Shown here: positions 17,808-28,651 of the stretch, piece after piece
Layout: each line of letters opens with the position of its first letter
How positions within the stretch are numbered: the stretch's first letter is position 1
From: a virus
Lineage: Duplodnaviria > Caudoviricetes
Length of the DNA: 52,436 nucleotides
Strand: one strand, 5' to 3'
Virus record (IMG/VR): IMGVR_UViG_3300025168_010295
Location: 1-52,436 of that record
The notes under the pieces: model-generated
Database searches by the model: none
What the model was told of the DNA's origin: nothing
What the model saw: the letters and a program-made list of their open reading frames with translations, nothing else
Position numbers and translations under genes: made by a program

Positions 17808-19304
17808 ATGGCTTTAACTCCACAATTTGGTAGTTTAATACCTTCGGCAACTCAACAACTGTTGGCGAGTAACTACCTACAATTTAACGCAGCTGGAGCT
17901 GGTGGTGCAACTTTTGCACAACAGTATCTACCTGAGATTTACGAACAAGAAGTAGAGCGTTACGGAAACCGTACACTATCTGGATTCTTACGTATGGTTG
18001 GCGCTGAAATGCCAATGACATCTGATCAAGTAATTTGGTCTGAACAAAATAGATTACATATCAGTTATACTGGATTTGGTATTGGAGCAGATGCTGCAAA
18101 CGCTAACCTTATTACAGTACCTAACACTGTGAGAAACGTTGTTTCTATCAATGATACTGTAGTTCTATTAAACCCTGCGACTGGTGCTGAGCAAAAATGT
18201 ATTGTAACTGCTTCTACAACTGTAGCTGCTGGTGGTGCTCCTGGAAACGGTGGTACATTTACTGTAGCTCCTTTTGTTGGAACTGGTCTTGTTGCTGCTG
18301 GATTTGTAGCTGCTGCTGTTGCTGTTGGGGCTCAAGCTAGTCTTAAGGTGTTTGTATATGGTTCTGCATATGTAAAAGGTAGTAACCTTGGTGGTGCTGC
18401 TGCTGGAACAGGCGTACAAGCTGCTAACACAAGAGTATCTGTAACTCCTCAGTTAACTCAATTTTCTAACTCTCCAATTATCATAAGAGATCAATACACT
18501 ATTAGTGGTTCTGATATGGCACAGATTGGTTGGGTAGAAGTTGCTACTGAAGATGGTACTTCTGGATTCTTATGGTATTTAAAGGCTGAATCTGAAACTC
18601 GCTTGCGTTTTGAAGATTACCTAGAAATGGCATTAGTAGAAGGTGAGTATAATCAAGGTGGTGCTGCAGGTGCTACGGCTACTTTGCCTGGTACTGAAGG
18701 TTTATTTGCTGCTATTCAATCTCGTGGTAACGTAGAAGTAGGATTTACTGCTGCTAACGGACTAGATGAGTTTGATAACATTCTTAAAAACCTAGATACT
18801 CAAGGAGCTATTGAAGAAAACATGTTGTTTTTACAGCGTCAGACTTCACTAGACTTTGACGATATGCTATCTGCAATCTCTGCTGGTTCAGCTGGAGGTA
18901 CTGCATTTGGTCTTTTCGAAAATTCTGAAGAAATGGCATTGAACTTAGGATTCTCTGGATTCCGTCGTGGTTCTTACGATTTCTATAAGACTGATTGGAA
19001 ATATCTAAACGATGCTTCTACTCGTGGTGGTGTTGCTGGAATTAGTTCAATCGAAGGTGTATTAGTTCCTGCTGGAACTTCTACAGTCTACGATCAAATT
19101 CTAGGATCTAACATCCGTCGTCCGTTTTTACACGTACGATATAGAGCTTCTGAAAGCGATGATCGTCGTATGAAGTCTTGGTTGACTGGTTCAGCTGGTG
19201 GTGCTTTTACTTCAACTCTTGACGCAATGGAAGTAAACTTCCTATCTGAAAGATGTTTAGTAACTCAAGGTGCTAATAACTTTGTACTATTCAAAGGAAT
19301 CTAA
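17808..19304 (+). CDS. Major capsid protein
   Basis: 498 aa after scaffold; strongly biased codon usage; followed by a strong terminator; QYLPE...RYG and GTEGLF motifs. Confidence 0.85.
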   Translation: MALTPQFGSLIPSATQQLLASNYLQFNAAGAGGATFAQQYLPEIYEQEVERYGNRTLSGFLRMVGAEMPMTSDQVIWSEQNRLHISYTGFGIGADAANANLITVPNTVRNVVSINDTVVLLNPATGAEQKCIVTASTTVAAGGAPGNGGTFTVAPFVGTGLVAAGFVAAAVAVGAQASLKVFVYGSAYVKGSNLGGAAAGTGVQAANTRVSVTPQLTQFSNSPIIIRDQYTISGSDMAQIGWVEVATEDGTSGFLWYLKAESETRLRFEDYLEMALVEGEYNQGGAAGATATLPGTEGLFAAIQSRGNVEVGFTAANGLDEFDNILKNLDTQGAIEENMLFLQRQTSLDFDDMLSAISAGSAGGTAFGLFENSEEMALNLGFSGFRRGSYDFYKTDWKYLNDASTRGGVAGISSIEGVLVPAGTSTVYDQILGSNIRRPFLHVRYRASESDDRRMKSWLTGSAGGAFTSTLDAMEVNFLSERCLVTQGANNFVLFKGI

Positions 19305-19316
19305 TGATTCAATTTT

Positions 19317-19356
19317 AATAATAACCCCTGTCTTCGGGCGGGGGATATTATTTTTT
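19317..19356 (+). terminator. Rho-independent terminator after the major capsid gene
   Basis: CCCCTGTC-TTCG-GGCGGGGG stem with C(UUCG)G tetraloop, AT-rich extension and T tract. Confidence 0.85.
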
Positions 19357-19378
19357 AACTATTTAATTTTATTATATT

Positions 19379-20206
19379 ATGGCTAAAGAAGCTAAAGCAG
19401 TAGAAACAAATGAGGTTGCAACTCAAGAAACAGTTAAGGCTAACACTGTAGAACAAAAGCCGAGTAAACCTGAATGGGAAATTAAAGATCGTGTATATTT
19501 TTTAACAGGAAATAAATCTCCTTTAACACTTAAAATCCCAGGAAGACATACAAGAAAGCATGCATTATTATACTTTGACGAGACCAATGGTAAGCAACGA
19601 GAAATTAGGTATGCAACAAATCAAGATTCACCACTTGTTGATGAGCAAAAAGGTGAAGTAACTTTAGGTCATATTATGTTTAGAGACGGTACACTAACTG
19701 TTCCTAAGCAACAACAAAACCTACAAAAATTACTTTCATTATATCACCCTTTGAAAAATAGATTATATCAAGAATATAGCGCTATTGAACAAGCTACTGA
19801 TGAGCTCGATGAATTAGAACTACAAATCGACGCTTTAAACGCAGCTACATCTATGGATATAGATCAAGTAGAAGCTATTATGCGTGTAGAAGTTGGTTCT
19901 AGAGTATCTCAGATGAGTTCTAAAGAACTTAAACGCGACTTGCTATTGTTTGCTAAAAAGAATCCTTCTTTATTTGTAGAACTTGCTAATGATGAAAACG
20001 TACAACTACGTAACGTGGCAATTGTAGCAACTGAAAATGGAGTGATTATACTTTCGCAAGATCAAAGAACATTTACTTGGGGTAGCAATGGAAGAAAACT
20101 AATGAACGTACCGTTTGATGAAAACCCTTACTCAGCAATGGCTGCATGGTTTAAAACAGACGAAGGCGTAGAAGTTTATAAATCAATAGAGAAAAAACTT
20201 CTCTAA
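19379..20206 (+). CDS. Conserved hypothetical protein downstream of the capsid gene
   Basis: 275-aa ORF in the head module. Confidence 0.75.
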   Translation: MAKEAKAVETNEVATQETVKANTVEQKPSKPEWEIKDRVYFLTGNKSPLTLKIPGRHTRKHALLYFDETNGKQREIRYATNQDSPLVDEQKGEVTLGHIMFRDGTLTVPKQQQNLQKLLSLYHPLKNRLYQEYSAIEQATDELDELELQIDALNAATSMDIDQVEAIMRVEVGSRVSQMSSKELKRDLLLFAKKNPSLFVELANDENVQLRNVAIVATENGVIILSQDQRTFTWGSNGRKLMNVPFDENPYSAMAAWFKTDEGVEVYKSIEKKLL

Positions 20207-20218
20207 CGTGTAATAATA
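20188..20218 (+). promoter_or_regulatory. Putative phage promoter (GAAAA-N14-GTAATAATA)
   Basis: GTRANWATA box at 20210-20218 with an A-tract at the conserved upstream spacing. Confidence 0.5.
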
Positions 20219-20221
20219 TAC

Positions 20222-20244
20222 AAGGGCGTGTAATGCGCCCTTTA
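20222..20244 (+). terminator. Hairpin (terminator or 5' stabilising stem)
   Basis: AAGGGCGTG-TAA-TGCGCCCTT followed by only a short T run. Confidence 0.5.
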
Positions 20245-20261
20245 TATAAATAAAAATATCA

Positions 20262-21017
20262 ATGGCAATAAACGTAAATACTGTTTATACAACAGTGTTG
20301 TCTATTCTTAACAAAGAACAACGAGGCTATATAACACCAGAAGAGTTTAATAAGCTAGGCACACAGGTACAGTTAGAAATTTTTGAAAACTATTTTGAAG
20401 ATCTCAATCAGCAATTACGCGTGCCGCAAACTGATAGTGAATACGCTAACAGACAAAAAAATATTGACAATTGTATATCTATATTTAAAACTATAGGTAA
20501 TACTACATATAACGGAGCTGGTGGTTATTTTTTACCACCGTCTGATCTACATAGAATAGGTACAGTTATATATAAAGACGAGAAAGAATTACAACGCGTA
20601 GAGCGCAATGACTTCTTAAATATTAATCTTTCTCCACTTACAAAACCTACAATACAATTCCCCGTTTATTTATACGAGCAAACAGTTCAAGGAACTGGTG
20701 GTTCAAATACAGGTGAAACACATATATTTGTAAAGCCAACAACAATTGTTAACGCTGCAGACATAACGGTTAGTTACATACGTAAACCTGCTGATGTTGT
20801 TTGGAATTTTATAGGATTAAATGGTCAAAATCCTTGGACTTCAGGACCTTATATATATAATTCAGCTACATCTACTCAATTTGAGTTAGATAACACAGAG
20901 CAAACAGAAGTCATACTTCGTATACTCGCTTATGCAGGTGTTGTAATTAGAGATCCGCAGATAGTTCAAGCAGCATCTCAAGCTGTTCAAGCTGAAGAAG
21001 TAAACTCAAAAAGTTAA
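20262..21017 (+). CDS. Head-tail adaptor/ring-like structural protein
   Basis: NKEQRGYITPEEFN and YIRKPADVVW patterns; start of the tail module. Confidence 0.65.
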   Translation: MAINVNTVYTTVLSILNKEQRGYITPEEFNKLGTQVQLEIFENYFEDLNQQLRVPQTDSEYANRQKNIDNCISIFKTIGNTTYNGAGGYFLPPSDLHRIGTVIYKDEKELQRVERNDFLNINLSPLTKPTIQFPVYLYEQTVQGTGGSNTGETHIFVKPTTIVNAADITVSYIRKPADVVWNFIGLNGQNPWTSGPYIYNSATSTQFELDNTEQTEVILRILAYAGVVIRDPQIVQAASQAVQAEEVNSKS

Positions 21018-21020
21018 GAT

Positions 21021-22241
21021 ATGTCAATGATGCAAGAAAATAATAGGCAATACTACGAAGGAGCTCAAAGCTTTGTCAGTGACGCGGGTGGTACTGCTGG
21101 TCAAGTATTTACAACTACATTTGATACAGATCTAATATTCAATGCGGTGTCTTCTGCGACGCCAAGTTATGCTTTAAATAATTTTAAACTATACACTAGC
21201 CCTACAGGAGCAGCAAGCACATATACAGAATACACTAGTCCATATACAGTTTCTGTAAATGCGATAACAATAACAGGGGCTCTTCCTGCTAACACAGTTG
21301 TAGTTGTACAATTAAAAAAATTAGACGGTGGTAATTACGGTAATACTATAGGTGAAAAAGCATTTGGTAATATAGTAGAAGAAAATTATGGCTCTTATGC
21401 TTATGCTAGATTAGGTGATCTTGTTAATAACTTTTTAGTAGCTTATGTAGGTCCTGGTAAACTTATACCTAGTGTTAAACGTACTGATGTAATGTTTCAT
21501 GTTAAAAGAGCAATACAAGAATTTAGTTATGACACCCTTAGAAGTGTAAACGCTCAAGAGCTTACAGTTCCTAAAAATTTAAGCGTAGTGCTACCGCAAG
21601 ACTATGTTAATTATGTAGAAGTTTCTTGGTCAGATACTCAAGGAGTTAAACATATTATATACCCTACTAGACTAACTAGTAATCCATCTGAAATGCCTTT
21701 ACAAGATAATCAGGGTGTTCCAATTCAAGATGCGTTTAATGAAAACGTAGAAGTAAGTTCTATTATAGAAAAAAGATGGAAAAACAATTCGCTTTCAGAG
21801 CTTGATCAAATAGAACAAAACAGTTTAATATCTTATGATTACTACTATGCTAACGGAGGTAACATGTATGGCTACGGTCAGTTGTATGGATTAGAACCAG
21901 AACTTGCTAATGTCAATGGATCATTTACTATAAACGAAAGAGAAGGTAAGTTTTCTTTTTCAGCAAACTTAGTAGATAAAATTATTTTATTAGAATATAT
22001 ATCTGATGGTTTATCTAATGATTTAGATACTAAAGTACCTAAAATGGCTGAACAAGCTGTATATGCTTACGTGATGCATGCTGTTCTTGCTAGTCGTATA
22101 AACCAGCCAGAATATATAATACAAAGACTTAAGAAAGAAGCTAGCGCAAAATTACGAAATGCAAAGATTAGATTATCAAATATTAAATCTAACGAAATAG
22201 TTCAGGTTATGCGTGGTAAGTCTAAATGGATAAAACACTAG
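21021..22241 (+). CDS. Tail structural protein (ring/tubular protein-like)
   Basis: 406 aa; LPQDYVNYV and LEYISDG motifs; tail module. Confidence 0.65.
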   Translation: MSMMQENNRQYYEGAQSFVSDAGGTAGQVFTTTFDTDLIFNAVSSATPSYALNNFKLYTSPTGAASTYTEYTSPYTVSVNAITITGALPANTVVVVQLKKLDGGNYGNTIGEKAFGNIVEENYGSYAYARLGDLVNNFLVAYVGPGKLIPSVKRTDVMFHVKRAIQEFSYDTLRSVNAQELTVPKNLSVVLPQDYVNYVEVSWSDTQGVKHIIYPTRLTSNPSEMPLQDNQGVPIQDAFNENVEVSSIIEKRWKNNSLSELDQIEQNSLISYDYYYANGGNMYGYGQLYGLEPELANVNGSFTINEREGKFSFSANLVDKIILLEYISDGLSNDLDTKVPKMAEQAVYAYVMHAVLASRINQPEYIIQRLKKEASAKLRNAKIRLSNIKSNEIVQVMRGKSKWIKH

Positions 22242-22247
22242 AATTAA

Positions 22248-25200
22248 ATGCCAGATATTCAAAATAACTTTGTACAGTCTAAAATGAATCAAGATCTTGA
22301 CGATCGATTGATTCCACCAGGCGAGTACAGATCAGCACAAAACGTGGCTATTAGTAGATCACAGGGTGAAGACGTTGGGGCATTAGAAAATATAGAAGGA
22401 AACTCTATTGTTGCTAATCCTTTACTACCTACAGATCCTAATCTAGATGTTATAGGTTATTTTGTAGATCCTTCTGAAAACAATGTATATTTATTTTACA
22501 CTGATTATGTAGACACTTCTTCTGATTTTATTAGTAATTTTGCCCCATCAACTGCTAAATGTATTATTTATCAATATAATAATTTAGGTGCAGGTACTTG
22601 GAGTAAATTAGTAGAAGGTAGATTTTTAAATTTTTCTAAAAATAGTCCTATATATGGCGTTAGTATTATAGAAAATTTATTATTTTTTACTGATTATAGA
22701 AACCAACCAAGAAAAATAAATGTAAATATAGCAGCAAATGATGATTCTTATTATCAAAATGAAGATCAAATATCTGTAGCTAAATTTGCACCAGTAAACC
22801 CCGTTAGATTTGTAGACATGGCTTACAATAATAAGCTTAAATCTACTATATCAAATCCTTCACAAGAATTTTTACCGATAAATATAGCTTCAACAATTAA
22901 TGGTACTCAAAGTGTAACTAACCAAGTTACTATAAATTCAACAGGTTTTGTTCCTAGTGTAGGTTCTAAAATAGTAAGTATTGGAGCACCTATTTTAAAC
23001 GATAAAATTGTTACTGCATCTACAGCAACTTTAATTACGTTTTCTCCAGCTGTATCATCAACTTCTGTAACTGACGTCAAGGATATAGCTTTTCAACAGC
23101 CAAACCCAGATTATAATGCTGATTGGGCTGGTGATCCAGATTATGTAAAAGATAGGTTTATACGTTTTAGTTATAGATTTAAATTTGATGATGGTGAATA
23201 TTCTATAATGGCACCGTTTAGTCAGTCTTGTTTTGTACCTAAACAATCAGGTTATTTTGTTTCTTCACAACCAGACACTACCGGTAATTTTGCAAAAAAT
23301 GACGCAGAGCAAACTTATAGAAGTACTGTAGTTTCTTTTATGGAAAACAACGCTACTGATGTTGATTTAAATATAGAAATGCCTTCTAATAATATAGAAA
23401 CAAGCCTACGTGTTTCAGCTGTAGAAATATTGTATAAAGAATCTGATCAAATTTCTATTAAATCTGTAGAAACAATACCTATTGAAGAGGTTAATAAAAA
23501 CATGATTAGTATAGACAAGCTAAATAATAATGGTAATATTAATATTTTTACATATAAATATTTATCTACTAAACCATACAAAGTATTACCTGAAGATCAA
23601 ACAACAAGAGTTTATGATAAAGTTCCTGTTAGAGCGTTTTCTCAAGAGACAAGTAGTAATAGAATAATATACGGAAACTACATTGACAAGCATAGTTCTC
23701 CTGATTTTTTAAATTACGGATTAGGATTTGCAGATAAAACTCAAGTAAACACAGGTTCTCCTGATGCTAATGTTATTTATAGTCAAATAGAATATCCAAA
23801 CCATACGCTTAAACAAAATAGAAATTATCAATTAGGAGTAGTCTTAGCTGATAAATACGGAAGATCTTCTACAACTATATTATCTTCTAAAGATGTTTCA
23901 AGTTCTGAAAACACAGTACAATACGGTAGTTCTACTATATATGTACCTTATAAATCTTGGTCATCTCCGTCAGCATCAAGCGGCGTTACTTCAAGTTTAT
24001 ACAAATGGCCTGGTGATAGTTTATCTGTTTTATTCGATAATAAAAAAGGTAGTTTAAACGCTGTACCAGTAGATAAAGAAGATGGTTATCCTGGTGTTTA
24101 CGTACCAATAGGCGCTGCAGAAACAATAGTAGTATTAAATGGAGGTGTTGGGTATTCTAGCGCTAATAATGTTACTACTACTGGAGGTACTAATGCAACT
24201 GGTCACGTTACAACAGGTAGTGGTTTAACTGTAAATATAACCGTAACAGGTAGCGCTATAACTAGCGTTGAAATAGCTAAAATGGGTGAAGGTTATTCAG
24301 ATGGCGATGCAATAAATATAGATGGAGTTCCAGGTGCTAATGGAACTGCTACAATAACAGGTATAAGCGAACCTAATTTACTTGGTTGGTACTCGTATAA
24401 ATTTGTAGTAAGACAAACAGAACAAGATTATTACAATGTATATGTGCCTGGTATTTTATCAGGTTATCCTTTTGAATCTCTAGCAACTTTAAAACAACCA
24501 TTTGAAATAAATGAAACTTCTAATATAGTTTTGTTTAATGATAATATAAATAAAATACCTAGAGATTTATCTGAAGTAGGTCCTGATCAAAAAATATTTC
24601 AAAGTAGCGTTAGACTTTTTGGTAGAGTAGAACCTTTTGATAGTGAATCTTCTACTTTTTCTGTTCAATATAACCCTCCTTCAACTCCAGTTTTTGCTGC
24701 TAGTGTATCTACTTTAGCTGAAACTAATTATAAAAACAACGCAGGTGTTGATTTAACTTATGAATCATTTTATAATAGCGAATCAAACCCATATATAGCA
24801 AGACTTACTACAGCTAAAAAAATAGGTAAAATAAATCAAACTAGTGGAACTTTTGGATTAGCTTTAAGTGTTTTTGAAACAGCACCTGTAGAATCTGTTT
24901 TAGATATATACTGGGAAACTACATCTGTAGGATTAGTTGAAGATCTTAATTTAGAAGTTAAACAATCTCAAAGTGCTGGCGGAGTTGTTTCTTTATCATC
25001 TACAACAGCTGCTCAAAATGAGAGCAGCCCTATAAACGCCGCTGTTTTTGGTGATTCTGGTTCTTTAATTACTCCTTTAAATTCTTCTGGCACATTAGTA
25101 ACTGGTCAAAACTTTTCTATAATATCTGCTACTAGAAATACTTTAGGTGGTAATAGTATTCCTTTGTTAGCTAAAAGCGCAACTAATGCGGATGTAACAC

Positions 25201-26192
25201 CTTTTACGTTGGTTAGTAGTGGTAGTGGTTTTTATGTACAAACAAATGGGTTTTTTGATATTTCACCTATAGCTGCAGAAAATAATTATGCTTTAGTTAT
25301 ACGTGTTCAAGACAATTCAACTCTTGTGTTTGTTGATTTTACAATTAATTGGACATTAACTAATACCGCACCTTCTTTTGGTACCGCGCCAGGTCCTTAT
25401 ATTATATCTAATTTAGGTGAAATACCTAATTCAGATTACAGCGCTAACGCTGTTAACGGTGTAAATACAGGTGCTAGTTCTATTCAACAAAAAGAAGATT
25501 TAAGTTTTTCTATAGCTGCAAATACTGTTGTAAACGCCTCAAGTGCTATTGATACAACTGGTAACAACTATGGATTTAGTATATTATCTGAGGGAACTTC
25601 TTTATCTTTAACAGGAAATCCTGATTTGCCACCAGATAGCACTTATACAATACCTGTTATAGTAACTGATGCAGGTGGTTTAACTGCTACTACTAATGCT
25701 AGTGTTGTAGTTTCTAGTGGACAAACTGTAACTTTTAGTTTAAACGTGCAAAACAATACAACTTCACATACAGGTGATTTAGATATGCAGGTTATTTTTG
25801 AATATAACACTAATTCAAGTACTTTAATTGCTTCTGTATCAGGAATTAATTCTTTTAATAGTGCTATTCAATTAGTTAATATAAACCCATGGACACCTAC
25901 TACTGGTGGTACTACAAAAATAGTATGTAAAGTAAATAGACAAACAGGTGGAGATCCGCTTCAAGTTCCAGCTAATACTAAAATGGTTATACAACTTTTA
26001 AAAGCACCTGGACAACCTTCAGAATCTATTATAGGTACTACAACTTTAACTGCTGGTAATAACGTAAATCAACCATCTCAAGGTGTTATACAATTATCAC
26101 CATTACCAAATGGCACAGATATACAAGGAACTGATTTAACTACAAATCCAGGACTTGGTTGGGAAATAAAAGTATCTTTAGAAAATGCTTAA
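22248..26192 (+). CDS. Tail stabilisation/muzzle-like protein
   Basis: N-terminal KMNQDLDDRLIPPGEYRSAQN...GALENI.GN and LFFTD.RNQPRKIN motifs of podovirus/crAss stabilisation proteins; Ig-like C-terminal extension. Confidence 0.75.
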   Translation: MPDIQNNFVQSKMNQDLDDRLIPPGEYRSAQNVAISRSQGEDVGALENIEGNSIVANPLLPTDPNLDVIGYFVDPSENNVYLFYTDYVDTSSDFISNFAPSTAKCIIYQYNNLGAGTWSKLVEGRFLNFSKNSPIYGVSIIENLLFFTDYRNQPRKINVNIAANDDSYYQNEDQISVAKFAPVNPVRFVDMAYNNKLKSTISNPSQEFLPINIASTINGTQSVTNQVTINSTGFVPSVGSKIVSIGAPILNDKIVTASTATLITFSPAVSSTSVTDVKDIAFQQPNPDYNADWAGDPDYVKDRFIRFSYRFKFDDGEYSIMAPFSQSCFVPKQSGYFVSSQPDTTGNFAKNDAEQTYRSTVVSFMENNATDVDLNIEMPSNNIETSLRVSAVEILYKESDQISIKSVETIPIEEVNKNMISIDKLNNNGNINIFTYKYLSTKPYKVLPEDQTTRVYDKVPVRAFSQETSSNRIIYGNYIDKHSSPDFLNYGLGFADKTQVNTGSPDANVIYSQIEYPNHTLKQNRNYQLGVVLADKYGRSSTTILSSKDVSSSENTVQYGSSTIYVPYKSWSSPSASSGVTSSLYKWPGDSLSVLFDNKKGSLNAVPVDKEDGYPGVYVPIGAAETIVVLNGGVGYSSANNVTTTGGTNATGHVTTGSGLTVNITVTGSAITSVEIAKMGEGYSDGDAINIDGVPGANGTATITGISEPNLLGWYSYKFVVRQTEQDYYNVYVPGILSGYPFESLATLKQPFEINETSNIVLFNDNINKIPRDLSEVGPDQKIFQSSVRLFGRVEPFDSESSTFSVQYNPPSTPVFAASVSTLAETNYKNNAGVDLTYESFYNSESNPYIARLTTAKKIGKINQTSGTFGLALSVFETAPVESVLDIYWETTSVGLVEDLNLEVKQSQSAGGVVSLSSTTAAQNESSPINAAVFGDSGSLITPLNSSGTLVTGQNFSIISATRNTLGGNSIPLLAKSATNADVTPFTLVSSGSGFYVQTNGFFDISPIAAENNYALVIRVQDNSTLVFVDFTINWTLTNTAPSFGTAPGPYIISNLGEIPNSDYSANAVNGVNTGASSIQQKEDLSFSIAANTVVNASSAIDTTGNNYGFSILSEGTSLSLTGNPDLPPDSTYTIPVIVTDAGGLTATTNASVVVSSGQTVTFSLNVQNNTTSHTGDLDMQVIFEYNTNSSTLIASVSGINSFNSAIQLVNINPWTPTTGGTTKIVCKVNRQTGGDPLQVPANTKMVIQLLKAPGQPSESIIGTTTLTAGNNVNQPSQGVIQLSPLPNGTDIQGTDLTTNPGLGWEIKVSLENA

Positions 26193-26220
26193 TAAAAATA
26201 ATAAAAAATAAGTGATAATA
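26190..26220 (+). promoter_or_regulatory. Putative phage promoter (TAAAA-N14-GTGATAATA)
   Basis: Box at 26212-26220 with TAAAA at the conserved spacing, in an intergenic gap. Confidence 0.45.
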
Positions 26221-26225
26221 ATATA

Positions 26226-28229
26226 ATGGCTATAGTAAAAGAAGTATTATACTATAATTCGTTCTGGTTAAAACAGTTACAGCAAGATGATGCTACTTTA
26301 GCAAGTCAAGTACCTGTATATCCAGGTGGATATCCTTATAACGCATCAGGTACTTTTGCGAGGCAAGTTATTGGTATAGCTTCTTTCACAGCAGGTTCAG
26401 GTTACGGATTGTCGAACAATACAGCGACAACAGGTGGTAGTGGAACTGGTTTAACAGTTGATATTATTTCTATAAACAGTGGAGCTATAAACAAAATTAA
26501 AATAAGAAACAACGGTAGCGGTTATTCAGATGGTGATGTTTTAACTATTACAGCAGGTACTAGTGGTACTATCACCCTTAGAGTATTAAACATGTCTGGA
26601 TCAACAGGAGTTTCTTATAATTTTCCTGGTGCTATAAGTATAGACAGCAACAAAGGTAATTTTATAGTTGAAGAATCTAGAATACGAGGTGGCTATAATA
26701 ATACACAAGTAGGTTTAGGTGCTAAAGCTTATTTTGCAGAAGAAGAATCATTACAACAAGATAGATTTAATTCACTTATATACTCTGGTATATTTAATTC
26801 TAGAACAGGTATAAATAATACAAATCAATTTTCTATAGGTGAAGATATTACTAAATCAGCACCACCCGCATATGGTTCTATACAAAAACTTCATGCTAAT
26901 GATAGTAATTTAATTGTTCTTCAAGAAAACAAGATTAACAGAGCTCTTATAGATAAAGATGCTATATATTCTGCTGAAGGAAATGCTACAATAACCTCTA
27001 GATTTCAAGTTATTGGTGAGCTTGTACCTTATAACGGTGATTTTGGTATTAGTAGAAACCCTGAAAGTTTTGCTAGTTACGGTTTTCAAAGGTACTTTGT
27101 AGACAAAGATCGTAATAGTGTACTTAGATTATCTAAAGATGGACTTACAGAAATATCTAGATACGGTATGCTAGACTTTTTTAGAGATGAACTTACTAAT
27201 TTGTCTGAAGCAACACGAGTTATTATTGGTAGTTTGCAAACTCCTTATTCTATAACTGTAGCAGCTTTTAGCGCGAAAACTCTTTCAATAGCTCAAATAT
27301 CAAATGCTTTAAGTAACGTACAAAAAGGTATGCAACTTTGGGTTAATGGTGTATTACAACCAGATATATACGTAACACAAGTATCTGGCCAAACTGTTAC
27401 TTTTAATAAAACTATTAGCGTCGGTACTGGTAATGGAGTAGCTTTTGTAGCGCCTACAACTAGCAAAATAGTTGGTGGGTATGATATACATAATAAAAAC
27501 TATATAACATCTATACAACAAAAACCAACATGGGCTGTTCCAATAGCAGATGATCAAACTACAGGTAGTAATGCTAATTATAAAACACTAGCATTTGACG
27601 AGCTTGTAAATGGTTGGACTAGTTTTTATACTTACAAACCTTCATTTTCTTTTAGTTTAAAAAATAAATATTACACAACTAAAGATCAAGAAATATACCA
27701 ACAATATTCACCTTTAACTGGTAACAATAGAGGAACGTTTTATGGTTTTAGAAAAGAATCTAATATAGAATTTGTATTTAATCAAAACTCTTCTGTGGCT
27801 AAAAACTTTTTAACAGTAAACTATGAAGGTGATAACGGTTGGCAAGTAAATAGTTTTATATCTGATGCGCAAAGATTTGATTATGGATCTCAAAATCCAT
27901 TAGATAATTACCAAAGCACTAATGATACAGCTCCGTTAGTACCAAGTTACTATGGAGGTGCTTTTGATTCACAAGGTAATACATATGCAACAGCTATATT
28001 AGTACCACCTGTATTTAGATATGGTTTTGATCGTAAAGAAAATAAATACTATGCAGTGTTAAAAAATAATAGTGCAGCCACAAACGGTGAAGTGTTATAC
28101 GGAAAACAAATATCAGGTATAAAAGGTAGATATGCTACTGTAACAATATCTACAGACACAATAACAGATGTAGGTGGCGCAAAAGAATTATGGTCAGTGG
28201 GATCAAGATACGCAGTATCAAGTTATTAA
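26226..28229 (+). CDS. Tail stabilisation protein, C-terminal-type half
   Basis: YGSIQKL, FGISRNPESFA.YG, GWTSFYTYKP and KENKYY motifs. Confidence 0.7.
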   Translation: MAIVKEVLYYNSFWLKQLQQDDATLASQVPVYPGGYPYNASGTFARQVIGIASFTAGSGYGLSNNTATTGGSGTGLTVDIISINSGAINKIKIRNNGSGYSDGDVLTITAGTSGTITLRVLNMSGSTGVSYNFPGAISIDSNKGNFIVEESRIRGGYNNTQVGLGAKAYFAEEESLQQDRFNSLIYSGIFNSRTGINNTNQFSIGEDITKSAPPAYGSIQKLHANDSNLIVLQENKINRALIDKDAIYSAEGNATITSRFQVIGELVPYNGDFGISRNPESFASYGFQRYFVDKDRNSVLRLSKDGLTEISRYGMLDFFRDELTNLSEATRVIIGSLQTPYSITVAAFSAKTLSIAQISNALSNVQKGMQLWVNGVLQPDIYVTQVSGQTVTFNKTISVGTGNGVAFVAPTTSKIVGGYDIHNKNYITSIQQKPTWAVPIADDQTTGSNANYKTLAFDELVNGWTSFYTYKPSFSFSLKNKYYTTKDQEIYQQYSPLTGNNRGTFYGFRKESNIEFVFNQNSSVAKNFLTVNYEGDNGWQVNSFISDAQRFDYGSQNPLDNYQSTNDTAPLVPSYYGGAFDSQGNTYATAILVPPVFRYGFDRKENKYYAVLKNNSAATNGEVLYGKQISGIKGRYATVTISTDTITDVGGAKELWSVGSRYAVSSY

Positions 28230-28239
28230 ATTAAATTAT

Positions 28240-28650
28240 ATGGAATTAAACGTACGCAGATTAGCGGACAGTGATTGGGATACATTATGTGAATGGTGGG
28301 ATGCGTGGCCTGAATGGGTTAATCCACCTAAAGATTTTTTACCTGATAACGGTACTGGTGGACTTATGGTTTACAAACAAAATACATTGATAGCAGCAGG
28401 GTTTATATATTATACTAATTCTAAAGCAGCTTTATTTGAATGGGTTATATCTAACCCTAAATATAGAGAAGCTGATAGAAAACAAGCTATAGAGCTTTTA
28501 ATAAACGCAGCTGAAGAAGTTTGTAAAGCTAATGGTGTAAACTATATGTTTACTATAGGTAGAACAAAACCTTTGATAGAAACACATCGAAAATTAAACT
28601 GGGTGGTTGATGATAAACCATCTTATGAAATAACTAAAAAAATAAATTAG
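28240..28650 (+). CDS. GNAT-fold acetyltransferase-like virion-module protein
   Basis: Start moved to ATG 28240 (A-rich leader after the upstream stop); EWVISNPKYR...ELLINAAEEVCKANG GNAT-like pattern. Confidence 0.65.
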   Translation: MELNVRRLADSDWDTLCEWWDAWPEWVNPPKDFLPDNGTGGLMVYKQNTLIAAGFIYYTNSKAALFEWVISNPKYREADRKQAIELLINAAEEVCKANGVNYMFTIGRTKPLIETHRKLNWVVDDKPSYEITKKIN

Positions 28651-28651
28651 C

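Noticed and set aside
28174-28239. ORF-track start for the GNAT-like gene
   Set aside because: It overlaps the upstream gene by 56 nt; ATG 28240 follows the stop with a typical A-rich leader.
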